The notes under the pieces are model-generated. The model was not told the DNA's origin and did no database searches. It saw only the letters and a program-made list of their open reading frames with translations. Both the position numbers and the translations under genes were made by a program. A DNA stretch of 64,000 bases, taken from the NCBI RefSeq assembly GCF_006345805.1, contig NC_043004.1, forward strand, positions 40,548,001 through 40,612,000, read 5' to 3'. Positions 12,901 through 25,029 of the stretch are shown piece by piece. This DNA comes from Octopus sinensis. Its lineage: Eukaryota. Positions within the stretch are counted from its first letter, which is position 1. Every line of letters starts with the position of its first letter.

Positions 12901-13145
12901 GATATATATGTATGTATATATTATATATATGTATATTATATATATATATATATATATATACTAAGCAATAAGGGTTTAGCAACGAATTGCCTTACCACAT
13001 ACCGAATTTAGAAATAGCAGTCAAAGAGTTATAGCTATTTCTTCTACTAAAAAGGGAGATCTCAGTAAAAACAGCAATTGGAAGGCAGACACAAACAGGT
13101 AAGAGAGAATGAATGACGGCAATCTATCATACAATTTTAAGTTAT

Positions 13146-13242
13146 CTACGGACGTACGTTTCGAAATCAAGTTTTTAGGAAAGCATAAGAATTAATATTA
13201 AATAATTCTATCTCACCAAAACTTCTTTTCTCTTCAGCATAG
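13146..13242 (-). ncRNA. Type I hammerhead ribozyme, monomer 1
   Basis: CTATG-CTGAAGA-G[long helix II]C-GAAAC-GTAC-GTC-CGTAG; complete core; helix I has one G-U; cleavage predicted between 13151 and 13150. Confidence 0.85.
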
Positions 13243-13731
13243 AATACTATAATCATAAATGATTATATATTGAATTTTGAGATACTAGAAGGCACCAACT
13301 CAACTCAGTATCAGAGCGAGCTAGAATCCGCACTAGTATCACCAAATTCAATGTGTGAATGAAAAGATTGTGTCACCAGCCCCTTCCCCCCGCGTGTAGC
13401 CAAAACAGATGCTGTGGTCATCTACTGAGATAAAATATGGTTATCCGTAATAATGAAGGGTGAAATTAATTAATTTGAATAATTATCAATTACACCCAGT
13501 AGTCTTCGGCATGTAAAGCCTCATTCGAGGAAAATTTAAGTAATACTAAGCAATAAAGGGTTTAGCAATGAATTGCCTTACCACATACCGAATTTAGAAA
13601 TAGCAGTCAAAGAGTTATAGCTATTTCTTCTAAAAAAAGGGAGATCTCAGTAAAAACAGCAATTGGAAGGCAGACACAAACAGGTAAGAGAGAATGAATT
13701 GACGGCAATCTATCATACAATTTTAAGTTAT

Positions 13732-13829
13732 CTACGGACGTACGTTTCGAAATCAAGTTTTTAGGAAAGCATAAGAATTAAATATTAAATAATTCTATCT
13801 CACCAAAACTTCTTTTCTCTTCAGCGTAG
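13732..13829 (-). ncRNA. Type I hammerhead ribozyme, monomer 2
   Basis: CTACG-CTGAAGA-G...C-GAAAC-GTAC-GTC-CGTAG; perfect 5-bp helix I; cleavage predicted between 13737 and 13736. Confidence 0.9.
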
Positions 13830-14270
13830 AATACTATAATCATAAATGATTATATATTGAATTTTGAGATACGAGAAGGCACCAACTCAACTCAGTATCA
13901 GAGCGAGCTAGAATCCGCAACTAGTATCACCAAATTCAATGTGTGAATGAAAAGATTGTGTCACCAGCCCCTTCCCACCTGCGTGTAGCCAAAACAAGAT
14001 GCTGTGGTCATCTACTGAGATAAAATATTCCAAATTAATTAATTTCACCCTTCATTATTACGGATAACCATATTTTATCTCAGTAGATGACCACAGCATC
14101 TTGTTTTGGCTACACGCGGGTGGGAAGGGGCTGGTGACACAATCTTTTCATTCACACATTGAATTGGGTGATACTAGTTGCGGATTCTAGCTCGCTCTGA
14201 TACTGAGTTGATTGGTGCCTTCTAGTATCTCAAAAAAATTCAATATATAATCATTTATGATTATAGTATT

Positions 14271-14369
14271 CTACGCTGAAGAGAAAAGAAGTTTTGGTGA
14301 GATAGAATTATTTAATATTTAATTCTTATGCTTTCCTAAAAACTTGATTTCGAAACGTACGTCCGTTAG
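14271..14369 (+). ncRNA. Type I hammerhead ribozyme, monomer 3
   Basis: CTACG-CTGAAGA...GAAAC-GTAC-GTC-CGTTAG (one extra T in helix I); cleavage predicted after 14363. Confidence 0.8.
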
Positions 14370-14865
14370 ATAACTTAAAATGTATGATAGATTGCCGTCA
14401 ATTCATTCTCTCTTACCTGTTTGTGTCAGCCTTCCAATTGCTGTTTTTACTGAGATCTCCCTTTTTAGTAGAAGAAATAGCTATAACTCTTTGACTGCTA
14501 TTTCTAATTCGGTATGTGGTAAGGCAATTCGTTGCTAAACCCTTTATTGCATAGTATTACTTAAATTTTCCTCGAATGAGGCTTTTACATGCCGAAGACT
14601 ACTTGGTGTAATTGATAATTATTCCAAATTAATTAATTTCACCCTTCATTATTACGGATAACCATATTTTATCTCAGTAGATGACCACAGCATCTTGTTT
14701 TTGCTACACGCGGGTGGGAAGGGGCTGGTGACACAATCTTTTCATTCACACATTGAATTTGGTGATACTAGTTGCGGATTCTAGCTCGCTCTGATACTGA
14801 GTTGAGTTGGTGCCTTCTAGTATCTCAAAATTCAATATATAATCATTTATGATTATAGTAGTATT

Positions 14866-14966
14866 CTACGCTGAAGAGAAAAGAAGTTTTGGTGAGATAG
14901 AATTATTTAATATTTTTTTATTCTTATGCTTTCCTAAAAACTTGATTTCGAAACGTTCGTCCGTAG
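14866..14966 (+). ncRNA. Type I hammerhead ribozyme, monomer 4
   Basis: CTACG-CTGAAGA...GAAAC-GTTC-GTC-CGTAG; loop III is GTTC instead of GTAC; cleavage predicted after 14961. Confidence 0.85.
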
Positions 14967-15259
14967 ATAACTTAAAATTGTATGATAGATTGTCGTCAAT
15001 TCATTCTCTCTTACCTGTTTGTGTCTGCCTTCCAATTGCTGTTTTTACTGAGATCTCCCTTTTAAGTAGAAGAAATAGCTATAACTCTTTGACTGCTATT
15101 TCTAATTCGGTATGTGGTAAGGCAATTCGTTGCTAAACCCTTTATTGCTTAGTATTACTTAATTTTTCCTCGAATGAGGCTTTTACATGCCGAAGACTAC
15201 TTGGTGTAATTGATAATTATTCCAAATTAATTAATTCACCCTTCATTATTACGGATAAC

Positions 15260-15296
<37 letters not shown>

Positions 15297-15313
15297 AAAT
15301 ATATATATATATG

Positions 15314-15366
<53 letters not shown>

Positions 15367-15390
15367 GTATAAATATAATATATATATGTA

Positions 15391-15419
<29 letters not shown>

Positions 15420-15424
<5 letters not shown>

Positions 15425-15640
15425 TGTTTTGTGCCTGTGTTTGTCCTTCCGCCATCACTTGACAACTGATGTTGGTGTGTTTAAGTCCCTGTAACTTAGT
15501 GGTTTGGCAAAAGAGACCAATAGAATAAATACTAGGCGTACAAAGAATAATTCCTGGGGTTGATTTGTTCGACTAAAGGCAATGCTCCAGCATGGCCACA
15601 GTCAAATGACTGAAACCAATAATGGAATAAAAGGATATAT
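15420..15640 (+). mobile_element. Family B SINE, 3' half
   Basis: tgtttgtcc...cttgacaac.gatgttggtgtg...ctccagcatggcc.cagtcaaatgactgaaac tail. Confidence 0.7.
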
Positions 15641-15718
15641 ACGAGTGAGTGGACAAATGAAAGAAAGTAGTACTCAATACATTTGGTAGGAGTTTCATTT
15701 ATTATTTAATCACACTTT

Positions 15719-15940
15719 AAGGCAGTGAACTGGCAGAATTGTTAACACGCCGGATGAAATGCTTAGCTGTATTTCGCCTGTCGCTACATTCTGAGTTCAA
15801 ATTCTGCTGGGGTCAGCTTTGCCTTTCGCCCTTTCGCGGTCAATAAATTAAGTACCAGTGAAACACTGGGATCAATGTAGTCAACTAGTCCCTTCCCACC
15901 AAAATTTCAGGCCTTGTGGCTTTAACAGGAAGGATTATTT
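15719..15940 (+). mobile_element. Family C SINE
   Basis: Same head and body as 6960-7189; an oppositely oriented copy lies at 16100-16314. Confidence 0.7.
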
Positions 15941-16099
15941 AATAACAGTTTTGGTTCAGTTCCATGCACCTTAAAGTTTCATAAGCTCATCAGATGAACC
16001 TATCTTGTCAAAACCTGATGAGGAGGTTCATCTGATGGAGCCAAATCAAACTGTTATTTAACAATAATAATGATGATGATGATGATGATAATAATAATA

Positions 16100-16314
16100 A
16101 TCCTTTCTACTATAGGCACAAAGTCTGAAATTTGGTGGGAGAAGGATAGCTAATTATATCGACCCCAATGTTTCACTGGTACTTAATTTATGGACCCCGA
16201 AAGGATGATAGGTAAAGTCAACCTCGGCGACATTTGAACCCAGGATATGAAGATTGACAAAATACTGGTAAGCATTTCGCCTGGTGTGCTAATGATTCTG
16301 CCAGCTCACTGCCT
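16100..16314 (-). mobile_element. Family C SINE
   Basis: Inverted relative to 15719-15940. Confidence 0.7.
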
Positions 16315-16439
16315 TAAATAATAATAATAGTAATGTTAATATATACATATATAGTCTTAAACACACGTAGAGGTGAATATGTGTGTGCATATATGTATGT
16401 ATATATATATATATATAGATATATATATATAATATATTT

Positions 16440-16470
<31 letters not shown>

Positions 16471-16486
16471 GTATATATTCTCACAA

Positions 16487-16865
16487 TCGTTAGCGTCTGC
16501 TTTCCATGCTAGCATGGGTTGGACTATTCAACTGGGGTCTGGGAGGCCAGAAGGCTGCACCAGGCCCAGTCTGATCTGGCAATGTTTCTACGGTTGGATG
16601 CCCTTCCTAACGCCAACCACTCTGTGAGTGTAGTGGGTGCCTTTTACATGCCACCGGCACAGGTGCCAGACGAGGCTGGCAAACGGCCACGATCGGATGG
16701 TACTTTTTACATGCCACCAGCACGGAGGCCAGTCGGGGCAGCACTGGCAATGGCCACATTCGGATGGTTCTCTTACATATCACCGGCACTAGTATCACAG
16801 CTACAATTTCTATTGATGTTGATCGATTTTTATTTTTATTGATTCTGATTCTCACTTGCCTCATA
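16487..16865 (-). mobile_element. RTE-clade LINE 3' end
   Basis: Family terminal sequence and 3'UTR units; flanked by (TA)n. Confidence 0.75.
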
Positions 16866-17277
16866 TATATATATATATACACACACACACATACATATGT
16901 AGAGAGAAGACGTCCATTTTGCTGTCTTTGTATTGTTAAGATAGTGTATTTGCATTAACCCTTTAGCATCTAAACCACCCATATCCAGCCCAAATATTCT
17001 TCTTCTTTTATATTCAAACCAACCAAATCTGGCTTCTTGCATAGTTGCTAACTTATTAGAAAGAGCAGTCAAATTTTCCTCAAATCTGTAGTTTCTATGT
17101 GAAATGAGGAAAGGACTTATTAGAAAGGGTAGTCTTAAGTATAGCCCAGCTAAGAGCTCCTGATTCAAAGTGCTCAATGCATCCCTAGGTGAACTTAAAC
17201 TTCATAGTTGCTCCTCTATACCACATCTCAATGATATGTGGCAATGTGAGCATGATCACTGTTGAGGCTAATGTGTA

Positions 17278-17535
17278 AAGTAAAAGGGAAAGTTACCTTC
17301 TTGAGTCTTACTGACTCATAAGGGCTAGTTTCCTGGTTTCATGGCTTATATATATTCCCTCCTGGACAGGACGCCAGTCCATTGCAGGATTACTCATTTT
17401 TGCCAGCTGAGTGGACTGGAGATGTGTAAAATGAGGTGTTTTGTTCAGAAATTCAACTTGTTGTCCAGTCCTGGAATTGAAACCACAATCTTGCGATCAT
17501 GAGTCCAACACTCTAACCACTAAGCCATGCACCTT
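17278..17535 (-). mobile_element. tRNA-headed SINE, family E
   Basis: Head GGTGCATGGCTTAGTGGTTAGAG; body acttcatttcac...cagctggcaaaaatgagtaa; similar to 51500-51752 and 59522-59770. Confidence 0.7.
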
Positions 17536-18620
17536 CACTGAGGCTAACGTGACACACATGCAACTGACTGGCATGTTTTCAAGACAACTTCTCGGTATCC
17601 CCTTTTGAGAGGAGTCACAGACAAACTTTATCAGGCTGGGGAGCCATAATAAACACCTAGGAGAAGAAAACTCCATTTTCAAATCCTGGGCAAATGGCAC
17701 TTGTGATTGTTGGCAGCACTGTGAATGTTTAAGAGAAGGAAGTCTCTACAGAAAACCAGCTCTGTTTTATGTTTTGAAGGTCAGGCATTGGGTTAATCAT
17801 CTGATCCAAGAAAAATCCTGATTACAGGAACAACAAATACTCGGAAAATTCCCCCAGCACATTGCTACAGCAATGATTCATGACGTGGAAAGAGAAAGGA
17901 ACATGTAGAACAGTTGAAAAAGAGAGGCAAATCAGTGGATGAGGAACGTGGAATCAAGTGCAAGCTACAGTCATCAACAGGATGACATGGAGAGAGAAAA
18001 AGAAAGTGACAGAAAGAGAGAGAGAGGGAGAGAGAGAGAGAGAGAGAGTAGAAATAATATCTGCTACTTGGCATCAAGTGGAAAAAAGGAATCTTAAACC
18101 TGATGCTAAAAACATGTGATGGACATGATTGAATACTTCTCAATCTTGGTTACCCTAGGGTTAAATACCACCAACAACTAAATGCCAAGCATGAAACAAA
18201 TTAATGCTATGAAGTAGGTATCCTAAAATAAAGTATTTACCTAGCAATATCTAAGTAGCTCATTCTTAAATAAATATATTTTTCTCTCTTAACTTGACTA
18301 TGCTGTTTTATTGCTACATTTATTTCAAAGTTTAAAGATCAATATCCTTGTTTTTCAGCTTTCTTGTTTCTATTTACATCCGCTTCTTTTTACTTTCTTC
18401 TAACGTATTCCTGACACTTACTTTCACTTTCACAAATCAACAGCATCTATTTTTTTCCCCTTCCTTTTATATCTTCTTTATTAAGACTCAGCCACTTGTA
18501 TGTCTCACTGATAACCTATACATTTCTTCCTTTCCATCTCTGCTTTTGTAACAGCAAGACTTCTGTATCACCATACTGATTCATGTCATCTTATTGAAAG
18601 AGCACATTTATAAAATGTAC

Positions 18621-18677
18621 CATCTTGTTGTATGTGTGCATGTGAGGATGAAGCAGCGGAAGGCAGGAGGTCTTTTT
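18621..18677 (-). CDS. Candidate 57-nt phase 0/0 exon of an unidentified host gene (KKTSCLPLLHPHMHTYNKM)
   Basis: Acceptor atgtttacAG, donor ATG|GTacat; open frame in non-repetitive DNA. No homology recognised. Confidence 0.2.
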
Positions 18678-19186
18678 CTGTAAACATTGGTGTGTAATTG
18701 CTATTAATTAAGATTGCTTACAGTTAACCAGTTTACTATTGCCAGATTGATTTTTTCCCCCTTTTCTTTAACTAAGCAGTTTAAATGTTCAGGCCCTTCT
18801 ATAACCATTTACCTTTGATGTCATTGTGTTTACATTACACCACTAATATTTATGGCAGAATAAAGATTGGATTGTTTTCCTTTCTATAACCACCATCAAT
18901 GTAAAGAAATGCTGATCTAACACGATGAATGAAAACAAAAGACACCAAATAATTCACAGACTGTCACAAAATACACACCACACACACAACACACATACAC
19001 ACACAACACACGTACACACACACCACACATACACACACATACACTCAAGATACTTCACACATATACTTATAGCCTGACTGATCTTTGCAGACTTTCAAAT
19101 TAAGATTATATTTATGACATAAACAATACAATTTATGATGGAAACTATAATGTAATAAATACATATACATTATATAGATCTCTTAC

Positions 19187-19252
19187 TTGGTGTGCTGGAT
19201 AAATAGAGGAAGTATTGTCTTTCTTCTCATCTTCAGAAGCTTTTTCTAACCG
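19187..19252 (-). CDS. Candidate 66-nt phase 0/0 exon (RLEKASEDEKKDNTSSIYPAHQ)
   Basis: Acceptor ttcttgtAG, strong donor CAA|GTAAGA, purine-rich body; frame compatible with 18621-18677. No homology recognised. Confidence 0.3.
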
Positions 19253-20139
19253 CTACAAGAACTAATCTAATGAAATTGTTAAAAAGTTTTGCTGTTTATC
19301 CAACTTGAAACAGATTTGAAGAAAATATGAATATGAGAAATGACAGCAATAAATAATGTAAATTCTATATTATCGGTATATCACAAAAATTGCAGACCTC
19401 TGCTAGCCTAAGTGGTACAATAATTCAATGTAGTTAAACAGCATTATTTTTACTTTTAAAATATCAAATGTACAAGTTTGTGTTCGTGATTCAATGCAGA
19501 GAAAAATAACAGTTTTTCAAGTATAAAACAAGTTGAATTAAATGAGTTGTAGTAGTAGTGTTATGCATATGCTCTTGAAATATAGTTCTTTTAAGTCAAA
19601 TATGCATCATGAATGGAAAGCATTATTCAGAGAAAAGAAAAATCAACATAGTTTGTAATGGAATAGAGGTATAGAAAATCAATGTCTCATTCAGGTAAAA
19701 CATGTCTTGTTAAGACAAAGTGAAACGTGAGTAGACAAGTATCTAGCAGAATCTTTATTAAAATGAATGAACAGTCAATTTGCTGAAGCTACATTCTGCT
19801 TAGAAATGTGGCTGACTGAGTCACCAAGCAAAAACAAAAAGAGAGCATTGTAGTCTTGTTTATAGAGTCATTGATTAGCTGAAAGGAGCGGCTCTTTCAC
19901 TGGCTCAATAAATACAAAATGGTGAGTGACTAAAATGGGTGCAAATCTAATTCAGTCATCAGTCGTCAATTGGTTGTCACAAATTTAGTGCCTATGATAA
20001 TATTGTTCAATGTTGCAGCTTCCATAGAATATTTAAGCAGAGAAGGACTGGTGCACATAAAAATTAAATGAGTAGACAAGGTTGGTAATAAGAAGAGCAC
20101 AAAATGAAATTAAGAGAGGATATAAATGGCCTTTTGACT

Positions 20140-20596
20140 GAAATAATAGATTTAAGACAAGTTACGTGGCCGATGCCAGTGCCGCCTTGACTGGCCTCTG
20201 TGCTGGTAGCACATGACCTGTTGTGCTTGAGGAGACCTATTGAGTCAAGTACATCAACATCAGAATAAATATCAAATGGAAATTGTAGTTGTGATACCTG
20301 TGCCAGTGGCACGTAAAAAGCACCATCTGAACGTGGTCGATGCCAGCACCACCTTGACTGGCTTCTGTGCCGGTGGCATGTAAAAAGCACCAACCGATCA
20401 TGATCATTTGCCAGCCTCTCCTGGCACCTGTGCCGGTGGCACGTAAAAATCACCCACAACACTCACGGAGTGGTTGGCGTTAGGAAGGGCATCCAGCAGT
20501 AGAAACACTGCCAGATCAGACAGGTGCAGCCTCCTGGCTTCCCAGACCCTGGTCAAACCGTCCAACCCATGCTAGCATGGAAACTGGACGTTAAAC

Positions 20597-20634
<38 letters not shown>

Positions 20635-20635
20635 C
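20140..20635 (+). mobile_element. RTE-clade LINE 3' end
   Basis: Includes decayed ORF end (gtgcttgaggagacc), 3'UTR units and a long (ATG)n tail. Confidence 0.75.
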
Positions 20636-20677
20636 GTGCCAGGAAAAAATACAAAAGGAAACAAAGATGTATAAATT

Positions 20678-20770
20678 TGAGGTGGTATCAAAAAGTTCCC
20701 CAGACGAGTTCTGTAGCACACCAACAGATGACAGCACACAGTTGTGTGCACAGTGAGAGCTAGCGTGATA
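20678..20770 (+). mobile_element. Mariner-like terminal fragment
   Basis: TGAGGTGGTATCAAAAAGTTCC resembles mariner TIRs; no partner end found. Confidence 0.4.
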
Positions 20771-21020
20771 TCATTTTGTATTTGTAAAGTCAATGTAAAT
20801 GATAGATATGAAGAAGTTGTACAAGTGATACACAAAAGAAATTAATAAGGTGCCTCGGAGCATCAGAAAATGAATAGCAATTTTATAGAGAAAACACAAC
20901 CAGCTGCTGCTGTGGTCAAGTGAAGAAACAACTTACTGAAGGAGGACGGTGATGATGTTTTGTGAGAAGGTAGAGAGTTAGGAGTGAGTTGCAGGTGAGG
21001 GAAAGGAAAATGAAATATTG

Positions 21021-21451
21021 AAGCAAGAATAGAGGGGAGAAAGATAAAAAGAGAGAGAGGGGAGACAGATAGAGACAATGCCAGAAGAAGGGGAGGGGGG
21101 AATTAAGCTATTGAACAACTGGTTGTATGGCAGAGAGAGGGGGGGGGGGAGATACAGAGACAAAGAGATATAGGCAGACAAACAGATAGATTGGAAGATA
21201 TATTATTGGTCATAGGGCAAAAAACAAAATGTTGTGCCACATTACAAATAATATCAGAAAAGGCGACATACATTGGGACAACAAAAAAATTCAACAAAAC
21301 ATATGAAAATGCAACACATTACTGACCATTTTTCAAGTCTAATTCCCCCATCCATTGTCTTTTGGGAATCTTTATAATTTGACCACTTGTGACAATATTG
21401 TTCAAAAATAATAAAAATGGAAATATAAATATACATACATACGTATTTATA

Positions 21452-21516
<65 letters not shown>

Positions 21517-21646
21517 AAATGTAAAAAAATACAAACTGGGACAAGAACGTGAAACATTTAGAAGACAATACAAAAAACACGGATGGGACATTCGAAGCCT
21601 TCAATCTTCAGTCAAGAACCAGATCATCTTCACAATTTCGGCTGAT

Positions 21647-21677
<31 letters not shown>

Positions 21678-22082
21678 GTTATTATTTGAGGGAATAAAAT
21701 CCAAACTTACAAAGAAAAAGAATTCAATTTAGAAATACTAAATCAAATTACACACAATATAATATATATAAAATATTAGAAAAAAAAACACCTTTTATCA
21801 ATTCAAAAAGAAGAATTAAATTACACCATCTAGAAGCAACAATAGAGGGGAGAAAGATAAAAAGAGAGAGAGAGGGGGGACAGATAGAGACAATGCCAGA
21901 AGAAGGGGAGGGGGAATTAAGCTATTGGACAACTGGTTGTATGACAGAGAGAGAGGAGGAGATACAGAGACAAAGAGATACTTAGAATCATATTAAAATT
22001 CTAACCGTTTTCAGGTCTAATTTCCCCATCCCTTGTCTTTTGGGAATCTTTATAATTTGACCACCTGTGACAATATTGTTCA
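21021..22082. repeat. Local direct duplication of two segments (PLE-like context)
   Basis: 21021-21170 is repeated at about 21833-21980; 21331-21404 is repeated at about 22010-22082. Confidence 0.8.
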
Positions 22083-22256
22083 GTTTAATAAACATGGAGA
22101 TATACATACATACGTATATATATATATATATATATAACGGGAAGCTTTATGAAAATAAACAAAAGACGAAGGCAGGTGGAAGACAAACGAACAATTGTAT
22201 TAGTATATATATATATATATATACTTTATTTTAAGCAGCAGAAAATTCAACAAAAT

Positions 22257-22294
22257 CTGTTACTCTGAGTTTATCGTTGCCGTTCATCAGACAG
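22257..22294 (-). ncRNA. Degenerate minimal hammerhead (left arm)
   Basis: CTGT-CTGATGA-ACG gcaa CGA-TAAAC-tcaga-GTA-ACAG; helix I intact; GAAA is mutated to TAAA. Confidence 0.55.
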
Positions 22295-22849
22295 TTTTTG
22301 CTAGAATGGAACTTATATATTAATTCAATCTATACTCTTACAAACGCTGCACCTTTAAAAAGAAATGGACTTGTTTGATTGGCCCTTTAGAAAAAACGGT
22401 CAATCTTCGAGCGATAAACAAAAAGGTCAAAAATATATGTATATATATATAAAAAAACTTATAAAAATTATAAAATCCGAGGAAAAAACCTATTGCCGTT
22501 AATGAAGACAGTACAAATTAATGCATAGAAATTAAACCTGTTATAAATACTGCAATACATATTTATATTAAAATCTACATATATATATCAACATACACAA
22601 AAGGATGCGTGTAAACGCCATACATACATATACAGACGTATGAATATGAATCTAAATATACACATAAAAGCATGTGTACATATAAGTTTTTTTATATATA
22701 TATACATATATTTTTGACCTTTTTGTTTATCGCTCGAAGATTGACCGTTTTTTCTAAAGGGCCAATCAAACAAGTCCATTTCTTTTTAAAGGTGTAGCGT
22801 TTGTAAGAGTATAGATTGAATTAATATATAAGTTCCATTCTAGCAAAAA

Positions 22850-22887
22850 CTGTCTGATGAACGGCAACGATAAACTCAGAGTAACAG
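22850..22887 (+). ncRNA. Degenerate minimal hammerhead (right arm)
   Basis: Identical to 22257-22294, on the opposite strand. Confidence 0.55.
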
Positions 22888-22999
22888 ATTTTGTTGAATT
22901 TTCTGCTGCTTAAAATAAAGCATATTACTCTACCACTGGTATTTGAGTACTCTTTTTTCCACCTTGTTTCACATTTATGTGTTTACTCCGGTATATATA

Positions 23000-23093
<94 letters not shown>

Positions 23094-23097
23094 TTAG

Positions 23098-23561
23098 TTT
23101 TAATATGATTCTTAGTTTCTTCCATCCCACTTGTCAACTTGAAGAATGTTTATGGAAAAATTCCTACCATATTTAAATTATTACTGACCATTCAAATACA
23201 CAGAAGAAGTATATAAAAGCAAGCTATTCTGTAGATATATTACTTAGGTTCCTATGGAAATGTTATTTCATCAGTACTAATTCTAAATATAAATTATGAG
23301 TAGAATTGATAAAAGGTGTTTTTTTTAAATATTTTATATATATATATATATTGGGTCCTGGCAAGGAATAAAGGCAGAGTATTTCCAGAGAAGCACTCAA
23401 CCCAAGTTCTGGGCTATCAACACTGTCCGATTCCAAACTAATACCAAAATTCTTCAGAAAAAAAATCCTGGTTTCATAACAGTAAAACTGTTGTGTGGAT
23501 ATGGCAAAGAGCAAACAATAATCCAAATAATAAGACAAAGAAACCTTTTCACACATCTTTA

Positions 23562-23599
<38 letters not shown>

Positions 23600-24128
23600 T
23601 TAAGCACAAAAGAACGAAGAATCATACATCATTTAATCAGCTTGTGCATGTTTTGGATTGATTAGGAATTTTGAAAATTCTGCATTGTAATAATCATAGA
23701 TATTAATTGAGCTCATATTTGATCAGCTAAGATTCTATGGAGTCAGAGATATTTAACACCGTCCTATCCTAATCAAAGCTATACCACACTGCTTGGAATA
23801 GAGAACATTTTAAGGGTGATAGTAGTAAAACTAGCAACATTTGACCAGTGCATGTATAGGTGGGGTGGGGGGTATTTCAGCAGACACTTAGAAAACGTAT
23901 TTGCTAGATTATGTTAGAATTTTAATATGATTCTTATTTTCTTCCATCCCACTTGTCAACATGAAGAATGTTTATGGAAAAATTCTTACCATATTTAAAT
24001 TATTACTGACCAATTCAAATACACAGAGGAAGTATGTAAAAGCAAGCTATTCTGTAGATATATTACTTAGGTTCCTATGGAAATGTTATTTCATCGATAT
24101 TAATTTTAAATATATATTATGAGTAGAA
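23098..24128. repeat. ~205-bp direct repeat pair
   Basis: 23098-23305 is repeated at about 23921-24128 with a few substitutions. Confidence 0.85.
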
Positions 24129-25029
24129 GGCATGCTGAGATAATGAAAATTTTAGAAGAAAATGCTATTGATATTCACTAAGGAAGGTATGTTTCAAAAA
24201 TAATATTTTCCTTAAAAGAATAAGTATTTAAAATTTAAAATAATAACATTAAGATAAATTAAGGTAAAGAATCAAATTTTTAAAATCAATTAAAAATAAA
24301 ATTAAAAAATAAATCTAAAAATAATAAAAATAAATAAAATAAAAATAATTAAAATAAATAAAATTAAAAATAAATCTAAAAATAATCTAAAAATAATTAA
24401 ACATTGTAATTACAGAATTTTTAGACTTTATATAATAATAATCAAAACAATAATAATTAGAAAATGAAATTAACTAAAATAATTATATAACATTGATATT
24501 AGTGCATTTACTAAATAAATACTAGTATATTGAATACTAGATACACCAAACTGAGAAAGGCAGGCCAACCTATTATATTAGGATACACTAATCAGTGCTC
24601 TATTTATTTGAGAAGGTTTTAAGGTAAAAAGTATACAACTTAACATTATTTTATCTGTTTTATTTAACACGTTAGATTTGAATGAATGAAAGGATATGCA
24701 GTGTCTCCTCGAAGTATAAGTTGCATTTTACTTTCCCCCATTATATGACAGTGTACTACTTATAGCCCATATTTAAGATTCCTCTCTTTGAGGCTCTTGA
24801 CAAATTTACTTATCCCTTTAGCATTTAAACCGGCCATATCGGCTGCAATGTTTTACTTGTTTTATGTTCAAATTGGCCAGATCCAGCCTCTCATACAGAC
24901 CCTGTAATGTCATTATTACAAATAAACAATTGCATCATCAAAATCTTGAAGCTACATGAAAATGCATGTTTAATTCAAAACAATATAAGTTAATAAGCAT
25001 TACAATTGACAGAATAATCTGAAGGGTTA

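Larger units (their letters stand above)
12959..15259. repeat. Hammerhead-containing tandem/inverted array of ~590-bp monomers (retrozyme-like / non-autonomous PLE)
   Basis: Unit 1 starts 12961 and unit 2 starts 13546 (period 585). Orientation flips at about 14028; inverted units start at 14029, 14623 and 15221 (594 and 598 bp, plus a 38-bp remnant). (TA)n on both flanks; one type I hammerhead per monomer; no recognisable ORF. Confidence 0.9.
22224..22920. repeat. 240-bp near-perfect inverted repeat with 217-bp spacer
   Basis: Arms 22224-22463 and 22681-22920; one mismatch seen (gctgcacc vs gctacacc). Confidence 0.95.

Noticed and set aside
15168-15200. Second hammerhead-like motif per monomer (CGAATGA-GGC..GCC-GAAG)
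   Set aside because: Three core deviations and no convincing helix I or III; folds equally well as a CCTC/GAGG hairpin.
19690-19960. TTCAG|GTAAAA recursive-splice-like site and clustered TGAGTCA-like motifs
   Set aside because: Short motifs expected by chance; no independent support.
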